Assembly: GCA_016180525.1 (NCBI GenBank)
Contig: JACPBB010000002.1
Location: forward strand, 122,517-186,516
DNA: 64,000 nucleotides
Source: Parcubacteria group bacterium
GTDB lineage: Bacteria; Patescibacteriota; Minisyncoccia; Phycocordibacterales; UBA2135
Direction: 5' to 3'
How positions within the stretch are numbered: the first letter of the stretch is position 1; every line of letters starts with the position of its first letter. The notes below the pieces were generated by a model. It was not told the origin of the DNA, did no database searches, and saw only the letters and a list, made by a program, of their open reading frames with translations. A program made the position numbers and the translations under genes. This document shows positions 9,997-18,201 of this stretch, one piece after another.

Positions 9997-12186
9997 TTAG
10001 TGCCTTCCGTGTTTTTTATGTTTGAGGTTATCCCACTCGTCTCTGCTTATTTTTTGGTTTCCACCGCCCGCCCCTTTTTTGTCATTAAAGAAATTCGGGT
10101 CTCTTTTTTTTATGGAAAGACTTATTTTGCCGGCTTGTGCGTCAACCTCTTTTACGACAACAGGAACTCTGTCTCCCTCTTTGAGCAAGTCGCTTACGCG
10201 CTCTACTCTCCACGGCGCCAGCTCTGAAATGTGCACGAGGCCGTCGGCGTACGCGCTTATTTTAACAAACGCGCCAAAGTCAAGAATTTTTACAACTTCT
10301 CCCTCGGCTGTATCTCCCGGTCTCCATTCGCGAATAATTTCTTGCACTCGCTCTTTTGCTTTTTCCGCGGAACCATTTTTCCCAGTAATAAATACTGTTC
10401 CATCTTCATCTATATCAATCTGCGCGCCCGTTTCCTCTATAATTTTATTTATCATCTTTCCTCCCGGGCCGATAATCATACCGATTTTATCAACTGGAGA
10501 TTTCAGAGTAATGATTTTTGGAGCTGTGGGCGCAATGTCGGGACGCGGCGCAGGAATTTCTTTCTGAATGACCTCCAGAATTTGAAGACGCGCTTTTTTT
10601 GCCGCCGCAAACGCCTCCACAAGAATTTTTAGCGGAATGCCGTTTACTTTTACATCCATTTGCACCGCGGTGATGCCGTCTTTCGTGCCGGCAACTTTAA
10701 AATCCATGTCGCCATGCTCATCTTCCGGTCCCTGAATATCTGTCAGAACTTTGTACGCATTTTCATCCTTCATCATGAGCCCCATAGCAATTCCGGCGAC
10801 CGGCTTTGCGATTGGTATGCCTGCGTCCATAAGTGCGAGCGTTGCCGCGCACACGGAGCCCATTGAGGTGGAGCCGTTTGATGACATGACTTCGGAGACA
10901 ATACGAATGGTGTATGGAAATGTTTCTTTCGGAGGAATCATAGGAAGGAGCGCCTTCTCTGCAAGTGCTCCATGACCTATCATTCTCCTATTCATACCAC
11001 CAATACGCCCCGTCTCTCCCGTTGAAAATGGAGGGAAATTATAATGGTGCATGAAACGCTTTTTCCCCTTTATTTCCATTCCGTCCATGAGTTGTACGTC
11101 CTGTGGGCCGCCGAGAGTAAGAATGGAGAGCACATGCGTACCACCGCGATAGAAAATACCCGAGCCGTGAAGCACGCCTTCGGAAATCCCTCCCGCTTTC
11201 GCGTAGAGATTTCTTATTTCATCCATCTTGCGGCCGTCTGCCCGCTTGTTATTTTCTACGGCTTCTTCATGTATAGCTTCATTTATTTGTTCATCGTAAT
11301 ACGAGAGCGCAAGGGAGATATTTTCATCGGGAAGTTTTTCTACGCAAATACCTTCCCATTCTTCAGCGAGGGCCTCTATATATTTTTTCCCATCCCCGCT
11401 TAAAAGGGTCTTATGTAATTTTTTTCCGACGGTTTCAGAAAATAATTTTTTAAGAGCGGATGAAATCTCCTCTAATTCAACGGTTTGCTTTTCTTTTCCA
11501 ACCTCTTTGACAATCTTTCTCTGAAACTCCTGCAATTTTTCTATCTCTGCGATCGCGACACCAAACACTTCTTTCATGGTTTCTTCAGATGTTTCATGTG
11601 CCCCGACCTCAATCATGTTTATGTTTCCGTCTTTGCCGCATACCGTTGCGTCAAGAAGAAGATTTTCTTTCGCCCGCGTCTCATACGTCGGGTTTATTTC
11701 AAATATGTTGCCGTCTTTCAATTTTCCGATTCTCACTGCCGAAACTGGTCCTCCCCACGGAATATCTGATGTTGCAAGCGCAAGCGATGCGGCGTTTACC
11801 GCGAGAATATCCGGGTCATATTCACCGAGCGAGAGTATGGTGAGAACAACCTGCACCTCGTTTCTGATGCGCTGGTCAAAGAGCGGGCGAATGGTGCGGT
11901 CTACCACGCGGCCGGCAAGCACTGCTTCGTCTGTCGGCCGTCCTTCTCTCCGCATAAAGCGGCTTCCTAAAATTTGCCCGGCGGCGTAAAATTTTTCTTC
12001 GTAGTCAACAGTGAGCGGGAAAAAGTTAGTCCCTTCCCGTTTTCCCGAGGACATAACGGCCGTCGCAAGAACGCTCGTGTTTCCGTATGTCAAAATCACC
12101 GAGCCGTTCGCTTTTTCGGCAAGGTCGCTTACGGTTACCGTAAGTTTTTTTCCACCAATGTCGGTGGAAAATTCTTTTGTCTGCAT
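9997..12186 (-). CDS. pnp: polyribonucleotide nucleotidyltransferase (PNPase)
   Basis: The N-terminus MQTKEFSTDIGGKKLTVTVSDLAEKANGSVILTYGNTSVLATAV is followed by two RNase PH-like domains, a KH domain (IGMIIGPGGKMINKI) and an S1 domain (GEVVKILDFGAFVKI). There is a basic C-terminal tail. Confidence 0.95.
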   Translation of the reverse strand: MQTKEFSTDIGGKKLTVTVSDLAEKANGSVILTYGNTSVLATAVMSSGKREGTNFFPLTVDYEEKFYAAGQILGSRFMRREGRPTDEAVLAGRVVDRTIRPLFDQRIRNEVQVVLTILSLGEYDPDILAVNAASLALATSDIPWGGPVSAVRIGKLKDGNIFEINPTYETRAKENLLLDATVCGKDGNINMIEVGAHETSEETMKEVFGVAIAEIEKLQEFQRKIVKEVGKEKQTVELEEISSALKKLFSETVGKKLHKTLLSGDGKKYIEALAEEWEGICVEKLPDENISLALSYYDEQINEAIHEEAVENNKRADGRKMDEIRNLYAKAGGISEGVLHGSGIFYRGGTHVLSILTLGGPQDVQLMDGMEIKGKKRFMHHYNFPPFSTGETGRIGGMNRRMIGHGALAEKALLPMIPPKETFPYTIRIVSEVMSSNGSTSMGSVCAATLALMDAGIPIAKPVAGIAMGLMMKDENAYKVLTDIQGPEDEHGDMDFKVAGTKDGITAVQMDVKVNGIPLKILVEAFAAAKKARLQILEVIQKEIPAPRPDIAPTAPKIITLKSPVDKIGMIIGPGGKMINKIIEETGAQIDIDEDGTVFITGKNGSAEKAKERVQEIIREWRPGDTAEGEVVKILDFGAFVKISAYADGLVHISELAPWRVERVSDLLKEGDRVPVVVKEVDAQAGKISLSIKKRDPNFFNDKKGAGGGNQKISRDEWDNLKHKKHGRH

Positions 12187-12327
12187 TGTATATGAAGAGC
12201 TCGTCTTTAGATTTTAGACTTGAATGTAAAATCTCATTCAAACCTATCCATCTAAGGACGAACTCATATTATGTATAATATCTGCTAGTTTAGCAAAAAC
12301 CCCATATTTTGCAATGGTTAAAAATAC

Positions 12328-12356
12328 TTGACAAACATACTAAAACATGATAATGT
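12328..12356 (+). promoter_or_regulatory. sigma70-like promoter (TTGACA-17nt-TAATGT with upstream TG)
   Basis: TTGACA at 12328-12333 is followed by TGATAATGT. It drives a plus-strand unit that ends at the terminator at 12727-12761. Confidence 0.45.
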
Positions 12357-12499
12357 TTAATTAGGTTTTGGGGGGTCTAGCCGTACCAACCCGACCTGAC
12401 CTCAGGGTCTTTTGAAAAACGCGCAAGGAGCCTTAACAGCGCTCCGGGCCCTTGGCGAAAATCAAGGGCCTTTCTACATAAAAAAGAGGGAGTTTGAAA

Positions 12500-12724
12500 A
12501 TGTTTGGATGCAAGAGAAAACCACCAGGAAGTCACGGACTATTCGGGCAATCAACGAAGGACAAAAAAAGAAAAGCTGGTCGCAACAGAAAAATCAAGAG
12601 AATGTTAGGGTTACAAAAGCAGCGGTTGCTGGACCTGGGGTCATCTCCAAAAAGGAGTGGTGAAGATATTTTTGATCATTGCCGCAGGCTCCCAGGTTCC
12701 TTTGAAGGAGGAAAGAGGAGATAG
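12500..12724 (+). CDS. candidate small basic protein (74 aa), alternatively non-coding
   Basis: AAGAGGGAG lies 7 nt before ATG 12500. The product MFGCKRKPPGSHGLFGQSTKDKKRKAGRNRKIKRM... is very basic. The stop is immediately followed by a plus-strand intrinsic terminator. No family recognised. Confidence 0.35.
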   Translation: MFGCKRKPPGSHGLFGQSTKDKKRKAGRNRKIKRMLGLQKQRLLDLGSSPKRSGEDIFDHCRRLPGSFEGGKRR

Positions 12725-12726
12725 TT

Positions 12727-12761
12727 GCCCCGCCAAGAATATGGCGGGGTTTATCTTTTTC
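12727..12761 (+). terminator. intrinsic terminator (GCCCCGCC-loop-GGCGGGG + TTTATCTTTTTC)
   Basis: A GC stem followed by a T-run on the plus strand, with no plus-strand gene downstream. Confidence 0.6.
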
Positions 12762-13278
12762 TTTGTCCTCCTCCACCTAAAAGAAATTTTTTGGGATTTT
12801 CATCCAAGTCAAAAAAGTCGTCAGCCGCTTCTTTGAGCCGGCCGGAAGAGGATTTGCCGAATGAAACGATTTCAACCTGACACCCCTCGTTCATTTGGAG
12901 GTATTCAACGAGCGGGATGAAGTCGCCATCGCCTGAAGCGACAATGACCGTATCAAGTTTTGGAGCCATTTTTATGGCATCAATCGCGATACCGACGTCC
13001 CAGTCTGCTTTTTTTGCGCCACCATAGAAAATTTGCAGTGGTTTTGCGACTGTTTCAATTCCAGCTTTTGCAAGAGCGTCAAGAAAATTTTTCTCCTCGC
13101 CGGATTCTGTGGTAATAACATACGCGACGGCGCGTATAAGTTGCCTGCCCGCGACCACTTCTTTTAAAATCGCGCCAAAATTTACTCGCGCGCCGTATAA
13201 ATTACGTGCGCTGTGATAGAGATTTTGCGTGTCAATGAAAACACCAACGCGCTGATTTTTATGTTTTATGATGGCCAT
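12751..13278 (-). CDS. NYN/LabA-like (PIN-fold) domain protein
   Basis: VGVFIDTQNLYHSARNLYGARVNFGAIL...VASGDGDFIPLV matches the LabA/NYN (DUF88) signature. Confidence 0.7.
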   Translation of the reverse strand: MAIIKHKNQRVGVFIDTQNLYHSARNLYGARVNFGAILKEVVAGRQLIRAVAYVITTESGEEKNFLDALAKAGIETVAKPLQIFYGGAKKADWDVGIAIDAIKMAPKLDTVIVASGDGDFIPLVEYLQMNEGCQVEIVSFGKSSSGRLKEAADDFFDLDENPKKFLLGGGGQRKR

Positions 13279-13383
13279 AATAGTAGTATATAGTATTTAG
13301 TTTGTAGTATGAAGGTGTAAAACCAAAATTGTTCCGTATACACGGAACAATTTTGGTTTAATTTCGTAATTTTCGCGCTATGA

Positions 13384-13647
13384 TTATTTAAGTCCGATTT
13401 TTTTACGCAACTCGCCGTGTTTCTTTTCGTCCTTTCGTTTGAGATATCGTAAATGCGCGTGCCGATCGGCAACCATTTGCAAAAGCCCGCGTCTGGAATG
13501 GTTGTCTTTTCTATTTTTCTTTAAATGTGAAGCAAGTTCATTGATGCGCTTTGTGAGAAGCGCAACCTGAACTTCAGGAGAGCCAGTATCCCCCTCTTTT
13601 CGGGCGTATTTTTTGATAATATTTCCTTTTTGTTTCTTTGTAATCAT
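13384..13647 (-). CDS. rpsO: 30S ribosomal protein S15
   Basis: [62 protein letters not shown] is a canonical S15. Confidence 0.95.
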   Translation of the reverse strand: MITKKQKGNIIKKYARKEGDTGSPEVQVALLTKRINELASHLKKNRKDNHSRRGLLQMVADRHAHLRYLKRKDEKKHGELRKKIGLK

Positions 13648-13689
13648 GTGTAAATATAAAAAATAAAAGAATTAAAAAATAAATAAAAA

Positions 13690-13949
13690 AGGGTGGAGGG
13701 GTGCGCCGACTAGGTTACGGCGCAGCAGGCTTCTATTTGGCGGTCCGATGCCGGCAAACAGTCCTGACCCCCCACAATGCGAAAGAAAAATAGAGGTGGT
13801 ATCACTCGGCCGCGAGTTGCCGCACAATAGCAGCAACGCGGGCATCAGCGTACTTCCAATTTTTCCGCCTAGCCTCCGTACCCATTTGGGACCCACGTAA
13901 AGCCGTTACCCGAGGCAACCCCTCGGTTCTGGTCACCGTACCACCTCCA
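13690..13949 (-). ncRNA. unassigned structured RNA or long rpsO leader (about 260 nt)
   Basis: A minus-strand promoter TTGACT-18-TATAAT (plus coords 13956-13985) gives a transcript starting GGAGGUGGUACGG. It is GC-rich with many hairpins. 5' GGAGGUGGUA pairs with a downstream UACCACCUCU. It ends in a hairpin plus UUUUUUAUUU (13681-13730), just upstream of rpsO. Not matched to tmRNA, RNase P or SRP by eye. Confidence 0.35.
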
Positions 13950-14060
13950 AAAGCAATTATATCATATATTGACGATAAAAGTCAACCCCGTTAGAAAGTC
14001 TAGCGCGATCGTGTGTTGATGCATGGTTTGCGAACTTGCCGGCGCAAGGCCGGGCCTTGT

Positions 14061-14088
14061 AATCAAAAAGCCGACAGCGGGTGTCGGC
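14061..14088 (-). terminator. intrinsic terminator (GCCGACACCCGCTGTCGGC + TTTTTGATT on minus)
   Basis: Follows the stop of the 14100-14372 gene. Confidence 0.65.
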
Positions 14089-14099
14089 TTGGAGAAAAT

Positions 14100-14372
14100 T
14101 TACTTTTTTATTCCCGCTTTCTTTATTTCGTCGGCAGCATCTCGTGCTCGTGACACATAATCAGACCAGCCACCAATGCGCGAATCTTCAGTTCCGGAAG
14201 TGCCCGGTGAATCAAAGTTCATTGTTTTTAGAAACGCCTCGTGGACCTCTGCGGCCTCATTAAAACCGTCTATTCTGTTTTGTCGCGCCTGTTGACGCTC
14301 CTCTTTCTTCTTTTCCACTTCAGTTTCATCTTTTGGACAATCCCCAACACCATCATAGACCGGCATTCCCAT
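14100..14372 (-). CDS. small hypothetical protein (90 aa, acidic/basic mix)
   Basis: An ORF with a downstream terminator. No motif recognised. Confidence 0.5.
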   Translation of the reverse strand: MGMPVYDGVGDCPKDETEVEKKKEERQQARQNRIDGFNEAAEVHEAFLKTMNFDSPGTSGTEDSRIGGWSDYVSRARDAADEIKKAGIKK

Positions 14373-14457
14373 TGTTTATCTTACCTCTCTCGCCAAATTT
14401 TCTGAAAGTAAAACTATCACAACGTATTATAAAAAGCAATGTCATGTTCACCGAGCT

Positions 14458-14548
14458 AATATTGTGCGATGTCGTCTGCGATGTTGCACAATATTAGCAG
14501 TATTACCCGACAATTTTGTTGGGTAATACATATTGTGCGACACAATAT
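14458..14548. promoter_or_regulatory. cluster of three palindromes sharing half-site ATATTGTGC (candidate operator and/or dif-like site)
   Basis: AATATTGTGC-18nt-GCACAATATT lies at 14458-14495. TATTACCCGACAAttTTGTTGGGTAATA lies at 14501-14528. ATATTGTG-CGA-CACAATAT lies at 14530-14548. All sit in the divergent intergenic region directly upstream of the Xer recombinase gene. Confidence 0.5.
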
Positions 14549-14564
14549 TTGCTATACTTTAAGC

Positions 14565-15494
14565 ATGGCAAGTAAAATCGAAACTCTTAAGAAAGAATTT
14601 CTAGAATATTTGGAAATTGAGAAGGGTAGAAGTTTAAAGACGGTTGAAAATTATGACAGATATTTAATTCGCTTTCTTGTGTTTGCGAACATTAATGCCC
14701 CGGAGAAAATTACGGACGATTTGATACGGCGGTACCGTCTGTGGCTTAATCGCCAGGAGGTTTCTCGTCCAGAGGGCGCCTCATCGCTCAAAAAGAAAAC
14801 GCAAAATTATTATTTAATAGCGCTTCGGGTATTTTTAAAATATTTAATATATCGCGGAGAGAAAACGCTTTCACCGGAGAGAATTGAACTCGCGAAAAGC
14901 GGCGAGAGAAGTCTTGACCTTATTTCTTCTGACGAACTTGAGCGATTACTAAAAGCGCCGAAAGGAAACGAATTTAAAGACCTTCGCGACAAAGCAATTC
15001 TTGAACTTTTCTTTTCTACAGGCTTGCGTGTCTCCGAGCTCTGTGCACTCTCCCGCTATATTGATATTAAAAAAGACGAACTTTCAGTCCGGGGAAAGGG
15101 CGATAAAGTACGGCTCGTGTTTCTCTCACAAAGAGCAAAAGACGCGCTCAAAAAATATTTGGATAAACGAAGAGACGTTGATGACGCACTGTTTGTTCGT
15201 ATTGCGAAAGAAACAAAAAATAAAAAACAAGAAACAAACTTACGAATTACTTCTCGCTCCGTTGAGCGGGTTATAAAACAGCATGCGATTGCCGCGGGAA
15301 TTGATAAAAAAGTAACCCCGCATATTATTCGGCACTCATTTGCCACTGACCTCTTGGAAAATGGTGCGGATTTACGGAGTGTGCAGGCGCTTTTAGGACA
15401 TGCGAACATTGCGACAACTCAAATTTACACGCACGTAACCGATAAGCATCTAAAAGATATACACAAGGCGTTTCACGGAAAACGGAGGAGATAA
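14565..15494 (+). CDS. tyrosine recombinase XerC/XerD family
   Basis: The N-terminal core-binding domain (ETLKKEFLEYLEIEKGRSLKTVENYDRYL) is followed by the C-terminal catalytic motifs HIIRHSFATDLLENGADLRSVQALLGHANIATTQIYTHV. The start is taken at MASKIE; the track ORF begins at 14469. Confidence 0.9.
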   Translation: MASKIETLKKEFLEYLEIEKGRSLKTVENYDRYLIRFLVFANINAPEKITDDLIRRYRLWLNRQEVSRPEGASSLKKKTQNYYLIALRVFLKYLIYRGEKTLSPERIELAKSGERSLDLISSDELERLLKAPKGNEFKDLRDKAILELFFSTGLRVSELCALSRYIDIKKDELSVRGKGDKVRLVFLSQRAKDALKKYLDKRRDVDDALFVRIAKETKNKKQETNLRITSRSVERVIKQHAIAAGIDKKVTPHIIRHSFATDLLENGADLRSVQALLGHANIATTQIYTHVTDKHLKDIHKAFHGKRRR

Positions 15495-15559
15495 AAATGT
15501 TCCACAACCTATTTCAGTATTTTGCCCGCCCACATGAGCAGGCAAAATACTAAAATAAA

Positions 15560-16543
15560 TTACTCAACGCCGATGTCTTTGTACAAACTGAAAGATAGAT
15601 TTATTCCAAAATTTTTATACATCGCGCTTAAAGAATCAACGTCTAATTTTTTTGCGACAAGCGATTGTTTAATATACAATCCTGCCGTCTCATACAAAGG
15701 ACCAAGCATTTTTATAAGCGCTCGTTCGTCACTCTCAATTTCTTGTATCAGTTTTTGCATGGGCGGAGATAGGTGTCCCCACTCCACTGACCGTAAGTGT
15801 CTGAGGAATGTATTGGCATCTGCGATTGTTTCTTTTTTATTCAATATGTTTAAAATATCCTTATCTTCCGTAAGTATTGTCAGGCGTGCGCGCCGTTTTG
15901 CCAAATATGCAAGAAATGTTTTAGGAAAATCATGCGTCAGATCTGGCGTATATTCCCATACGCCCGAGGGGTCAAGAACAAGTTCAGAAAAATTCTTTTT
16001 ATTTTGCGCGATTGATAATTCTGAATGAAATGAAATGGTTGCGATTATATCATCTATACTCGGAGGCATCGCTGGCGCGGGTCGTTTGCCGCCCTGGATT
16101 TCCTCCATAGCAAATGGTGCTAGCCCGTGTTCGGTGAATGCATCTAGCGGATGTGTGTGAGCGAGCTTTACCTCCTCGTTGTCGCCGAAAACTTCTTCCT
16201 CAATGATTTCAACGGGAACCGAAAGTCCATCAAATTTTCCGCGCGCAAAACGTTTCCAACCTGCCTCCCCCTTTTTTCTTTTTACGAGCAACGCCATACT
16301 TTCAACATGGGAGTGAAACACTTCATCTTTGAGCGCTTTGAGTCCCACAATCCACGGGTCACCCTCTTTGATCTCTTTTGACCATGCGTGGGGTGTTTCT
16401 GCTAAAAATCCAGCGCCGAACGGAAGAAATCCAAGCGCGGCAATGTTGCTCGCACGCTTTAAAAATTCACGGCGGGGCATGCCCACCTTCTCTTTTTTAT
16501 AATCTTTTGGCTTTTCACTTTTATTATTAAAGCGCTCGTTCAT
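15560..16543 (-). CDS. hypothetical exported protein (Tat-like RREFLKRASNIAALGF signal)
   Basis: A 327-aa ORF with an N-terminal twin-arginine-like signal. No catalytic motif recognised. Confidence 0.55.
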   Translation of the reverse strand: MNERFNNKSEKPKDYKKEKVGMPRREFLKRASNIAALGFLPFGAGFLAETPHAWSKEIKEGDPWIVGLKALKDEVFHSHVESMALLVKRKKGEAGWKRFARGKFDGLSVPVEIIEEEVFGDNEEVKLAHTHPLDAFTEHGLAPFAMEEIQGGKRPAPAMPPSIDDIIATISFHSELSIAQNKKNFSELVLDPSGVWEYTPDLTHDFPKTFLAYLAKRRARLTILTEDKDILNILNKKETIADANTFLRHLRSVEWGHLSPPMQKLIQEIESDERALIKMLGPLYETAGLYIKQSLVAKKLDVDSLSAMYKNFGINLSFSLYKDIGVE

Positions 16544-16668
16544 AATCTTTAAATTATACGTTTAATATACTCTTTTGTCAATTTTATGCTTGGCATGCTT
16601 ACCATAGCCACAATATAGTTTTTTGTTTATGATAAACAAAGAGGATAAGTTTATGGATATTACTGTCC

Positions 16669-16968
16669 ATGGCTGAACAGAAAACGCCGAAGAAAAAACT
16701 GGTTCAAAGAGTGGGTGTTATTATGCCTGTACGATATCAATTGGTGACTGCGGAAATCGCATACTATATGCCAGACCATCCTCTTGTACTGCAATTATAT
16801 ATTTGGCAAAAGCTTGATATGCTTCCCGAACTCCGCGAGTTGTATAAATTTTTAGAATTTTGGGAAAAAAATATTGACGGGCCACTCCATTCTGTGAGGG
16901 TGGCGTGCGCGCCCATCGTGAGTCCCCGGGAACTCCGGTACTTTAATTACGAAATAAAAATTTCTTAA
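16669..16968 (+). CDS. small hypothetical protein (99 aa)
   Basis: An ORF with a plausible start. No motif recognised. Confidence 0.45.
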   Translation: MAEQKTPKKKLVQRVGVIMPVRYQLVTAEIAYYMPDHPLVLQLYIWQKLDMLPELRELYKFLEFWEKNIDGPLHSVRVACAPIVSPRELRYFNYEIKIS

Positions 16969-17091
16969 AAGCTTCATGCATTGTGAAGCTTTTTCATTAA
17001 AAAATACGATTGCACCGCAAGTCTTGACTCCGACAGTGATCACGCCTGCGCTTGCGCGCCCCGAGGGGGCCTGTGGGCGGGTCTATCACTA

Positions 17092-18027
17092 TTGGGGTTG
17101 ACACGCAGCATTCTTTTTGGTATGATGTTTTTGGACTCAACGAAAGGGGTATTTGAAATGACACAAGCGACACAGGCTGCGCAAGTGGCCGTGCCAGATG
17201 GCGCGCCAAAGCAGGAGCCGGAAAAAGAAAGATTCTACCTTGAGGTTCCAAAGACTTTATGGCACTTGAATCCTACAGTAGAATACTTGAAGTCAGATGA
17301 GCGCTTTCTCGATACAAGCTATGCCGCAAGCCTGGTGCTTATTCATGCTCAGCGTGGAGTTGTTCCGGAAGTATTGCTTGTTCGTCAGAATCCAAATGAT
17401 GCCGAAAAATTTTTGCAACTGAGTGGCGGCCCCCGCACGCGCCCGGATTCCTGGAAAATGCCCATTGGGCGATTCTATCCGTTTCGCTATCTAGACGAAA
17501 AGAAAAATCCTATATACGATCATCATCTATGGGACACAGTAATCGAAGAATTCCGAGAAGAAACTGGAATTGATTTTAGGTATGCAGGAAACAGTGATGA
17601 GGAAAGTGATCAAATTCTGCAAAGCCTTATGAGGTCACCAGTTGTTGAATATAGGAAATGGTCAAAGCGTCCTCCGAACCGCTATCACATTGATCGAGTT
17701 CATTTTTTTGTAACTTCACATGTGTTTGTTCCAGATCCAAAAGTTTATCAAAAAGCGATTGAACTCACGGAAGTTAAGTCCTTCCCGCTTCATGAGCTTC
17801 CGAGAATGGATCTAAACGGAGATGGCGCAACAATGTTGTTTTCTCATGTGTGTCGGCTTGTTGAATTTTTCGAGCTTTTTGAAAATGAACAATTTTGCGA
17901 ACAATTTCCGAGAGGTGAATGGGAGCGGATTAAATATTTCAAATTAATAAACGGTATTCCGGACGACATCGGTGAAACAATCAGAAAGCGGTTTCCTGAT
18001 TACAACATTCCTTCATTCCAATACTAA
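17092..18027 (+). CDS. hypothetical protein with Nudix-box-like segment
   Basis: GRFYPFRYLDEKKNPIYDHHLWDTVIEEFREETGI resembles the Nudix GX5EX7REUXEEXGU box. The start is uncertain. Confidence 0.5.
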   Translation: MGLTRSILFGMMFLDSTKGVFEMTQATQAAQVAVPDGAPKQEPEKERFYLEVPKTLWHLNPTVEYLKSDERFLDTSYAASLVLIHAQRGVVPEVLLVRQNPNDAEKFLQLSGGPRTRPDSWKMPIGRFYPFRYLDEKKNPIYDHHLWDTVIEEFREETGIDFRYAGNSDEESDQILQSLMRSPVVEYRKWSKRPPNRYHIDRVHFFVTSHVFVPDPKVYQKAIELTEVKSFPLHELPRMDLNGDGATMLFSHVCRLVEFFELFENEQFCEQFPRGEWERIKYFKLINGIPDDIGETIRKRFPDYNIPSFQY

Positions 18028-18045
18028 ATATATGTTAAACATGCG

Positions 18046-18080
18046 AGGCGAGCCCTGTGCTCGCCTTTTCTTTTTGTTTT
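18046..18080 (+). terminator. intrinsic terminator (GGCGAGC-CCTGT-GCTCGCC + TTTTCTTTTT)
   Basis: A stem-loop followed by a T-run after the stop at 18027. Confidence 0.65.
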
Positions 18081-18201
18081 TGATTCCTACTTAATTTTTT
18101 TACCAAGGTACAAAAATTAAGGATTGCTATTCCAGTATACTGGAATAGGACGCACTGTTCTTGAGTTATAAGTTGTAAGTTGTGTGTTGCGGGTTAATCC
18201 A

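Noticed and set aside
12380-12420. SRP RNA domain IV (GGTCAGGTC... on minus strand)
   Set aside because: GGTCAGGTCGGGTTGG lacks the GNRA tetraloop and the GGAAGCAGCC 3' strand expected for helix 8.
12360-12760. RNase P RNA or tmRNA in the plus-strand promoter-terminator unit
   Set aside because: GGAAGUCACGGACUAUUCGGGCAA has faint resemblance to the P4/CR-I GGAAAGUCCGGGCUCC. No complementary P4 3' strand (ACAGAAcCCGGCUUA-like), GGGUGAAA-type CR-II or T-arm/CCA elements could be found.
13672-13896. ORF 13672-13896 (minus, 74 aa)
   Set aside because: It lies within the GC-rich structured RNA/leader upstream of rpsO. The translation (MGPKWVRRLGGKIGSTLMPALLLLCGNSRPSDT...) has no coding features. 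It is likely a chance ORF in GC-rich RNA.
16997-17251. ORF 16997-17251 (minus, 84 aa)
   Set aside because: It overlaps the 5' end of the plus-strand gene at 17092-18027. Its GC-rich low-complexity translation (PAPALARHLARPLAQP) is typical of a shadow frame.
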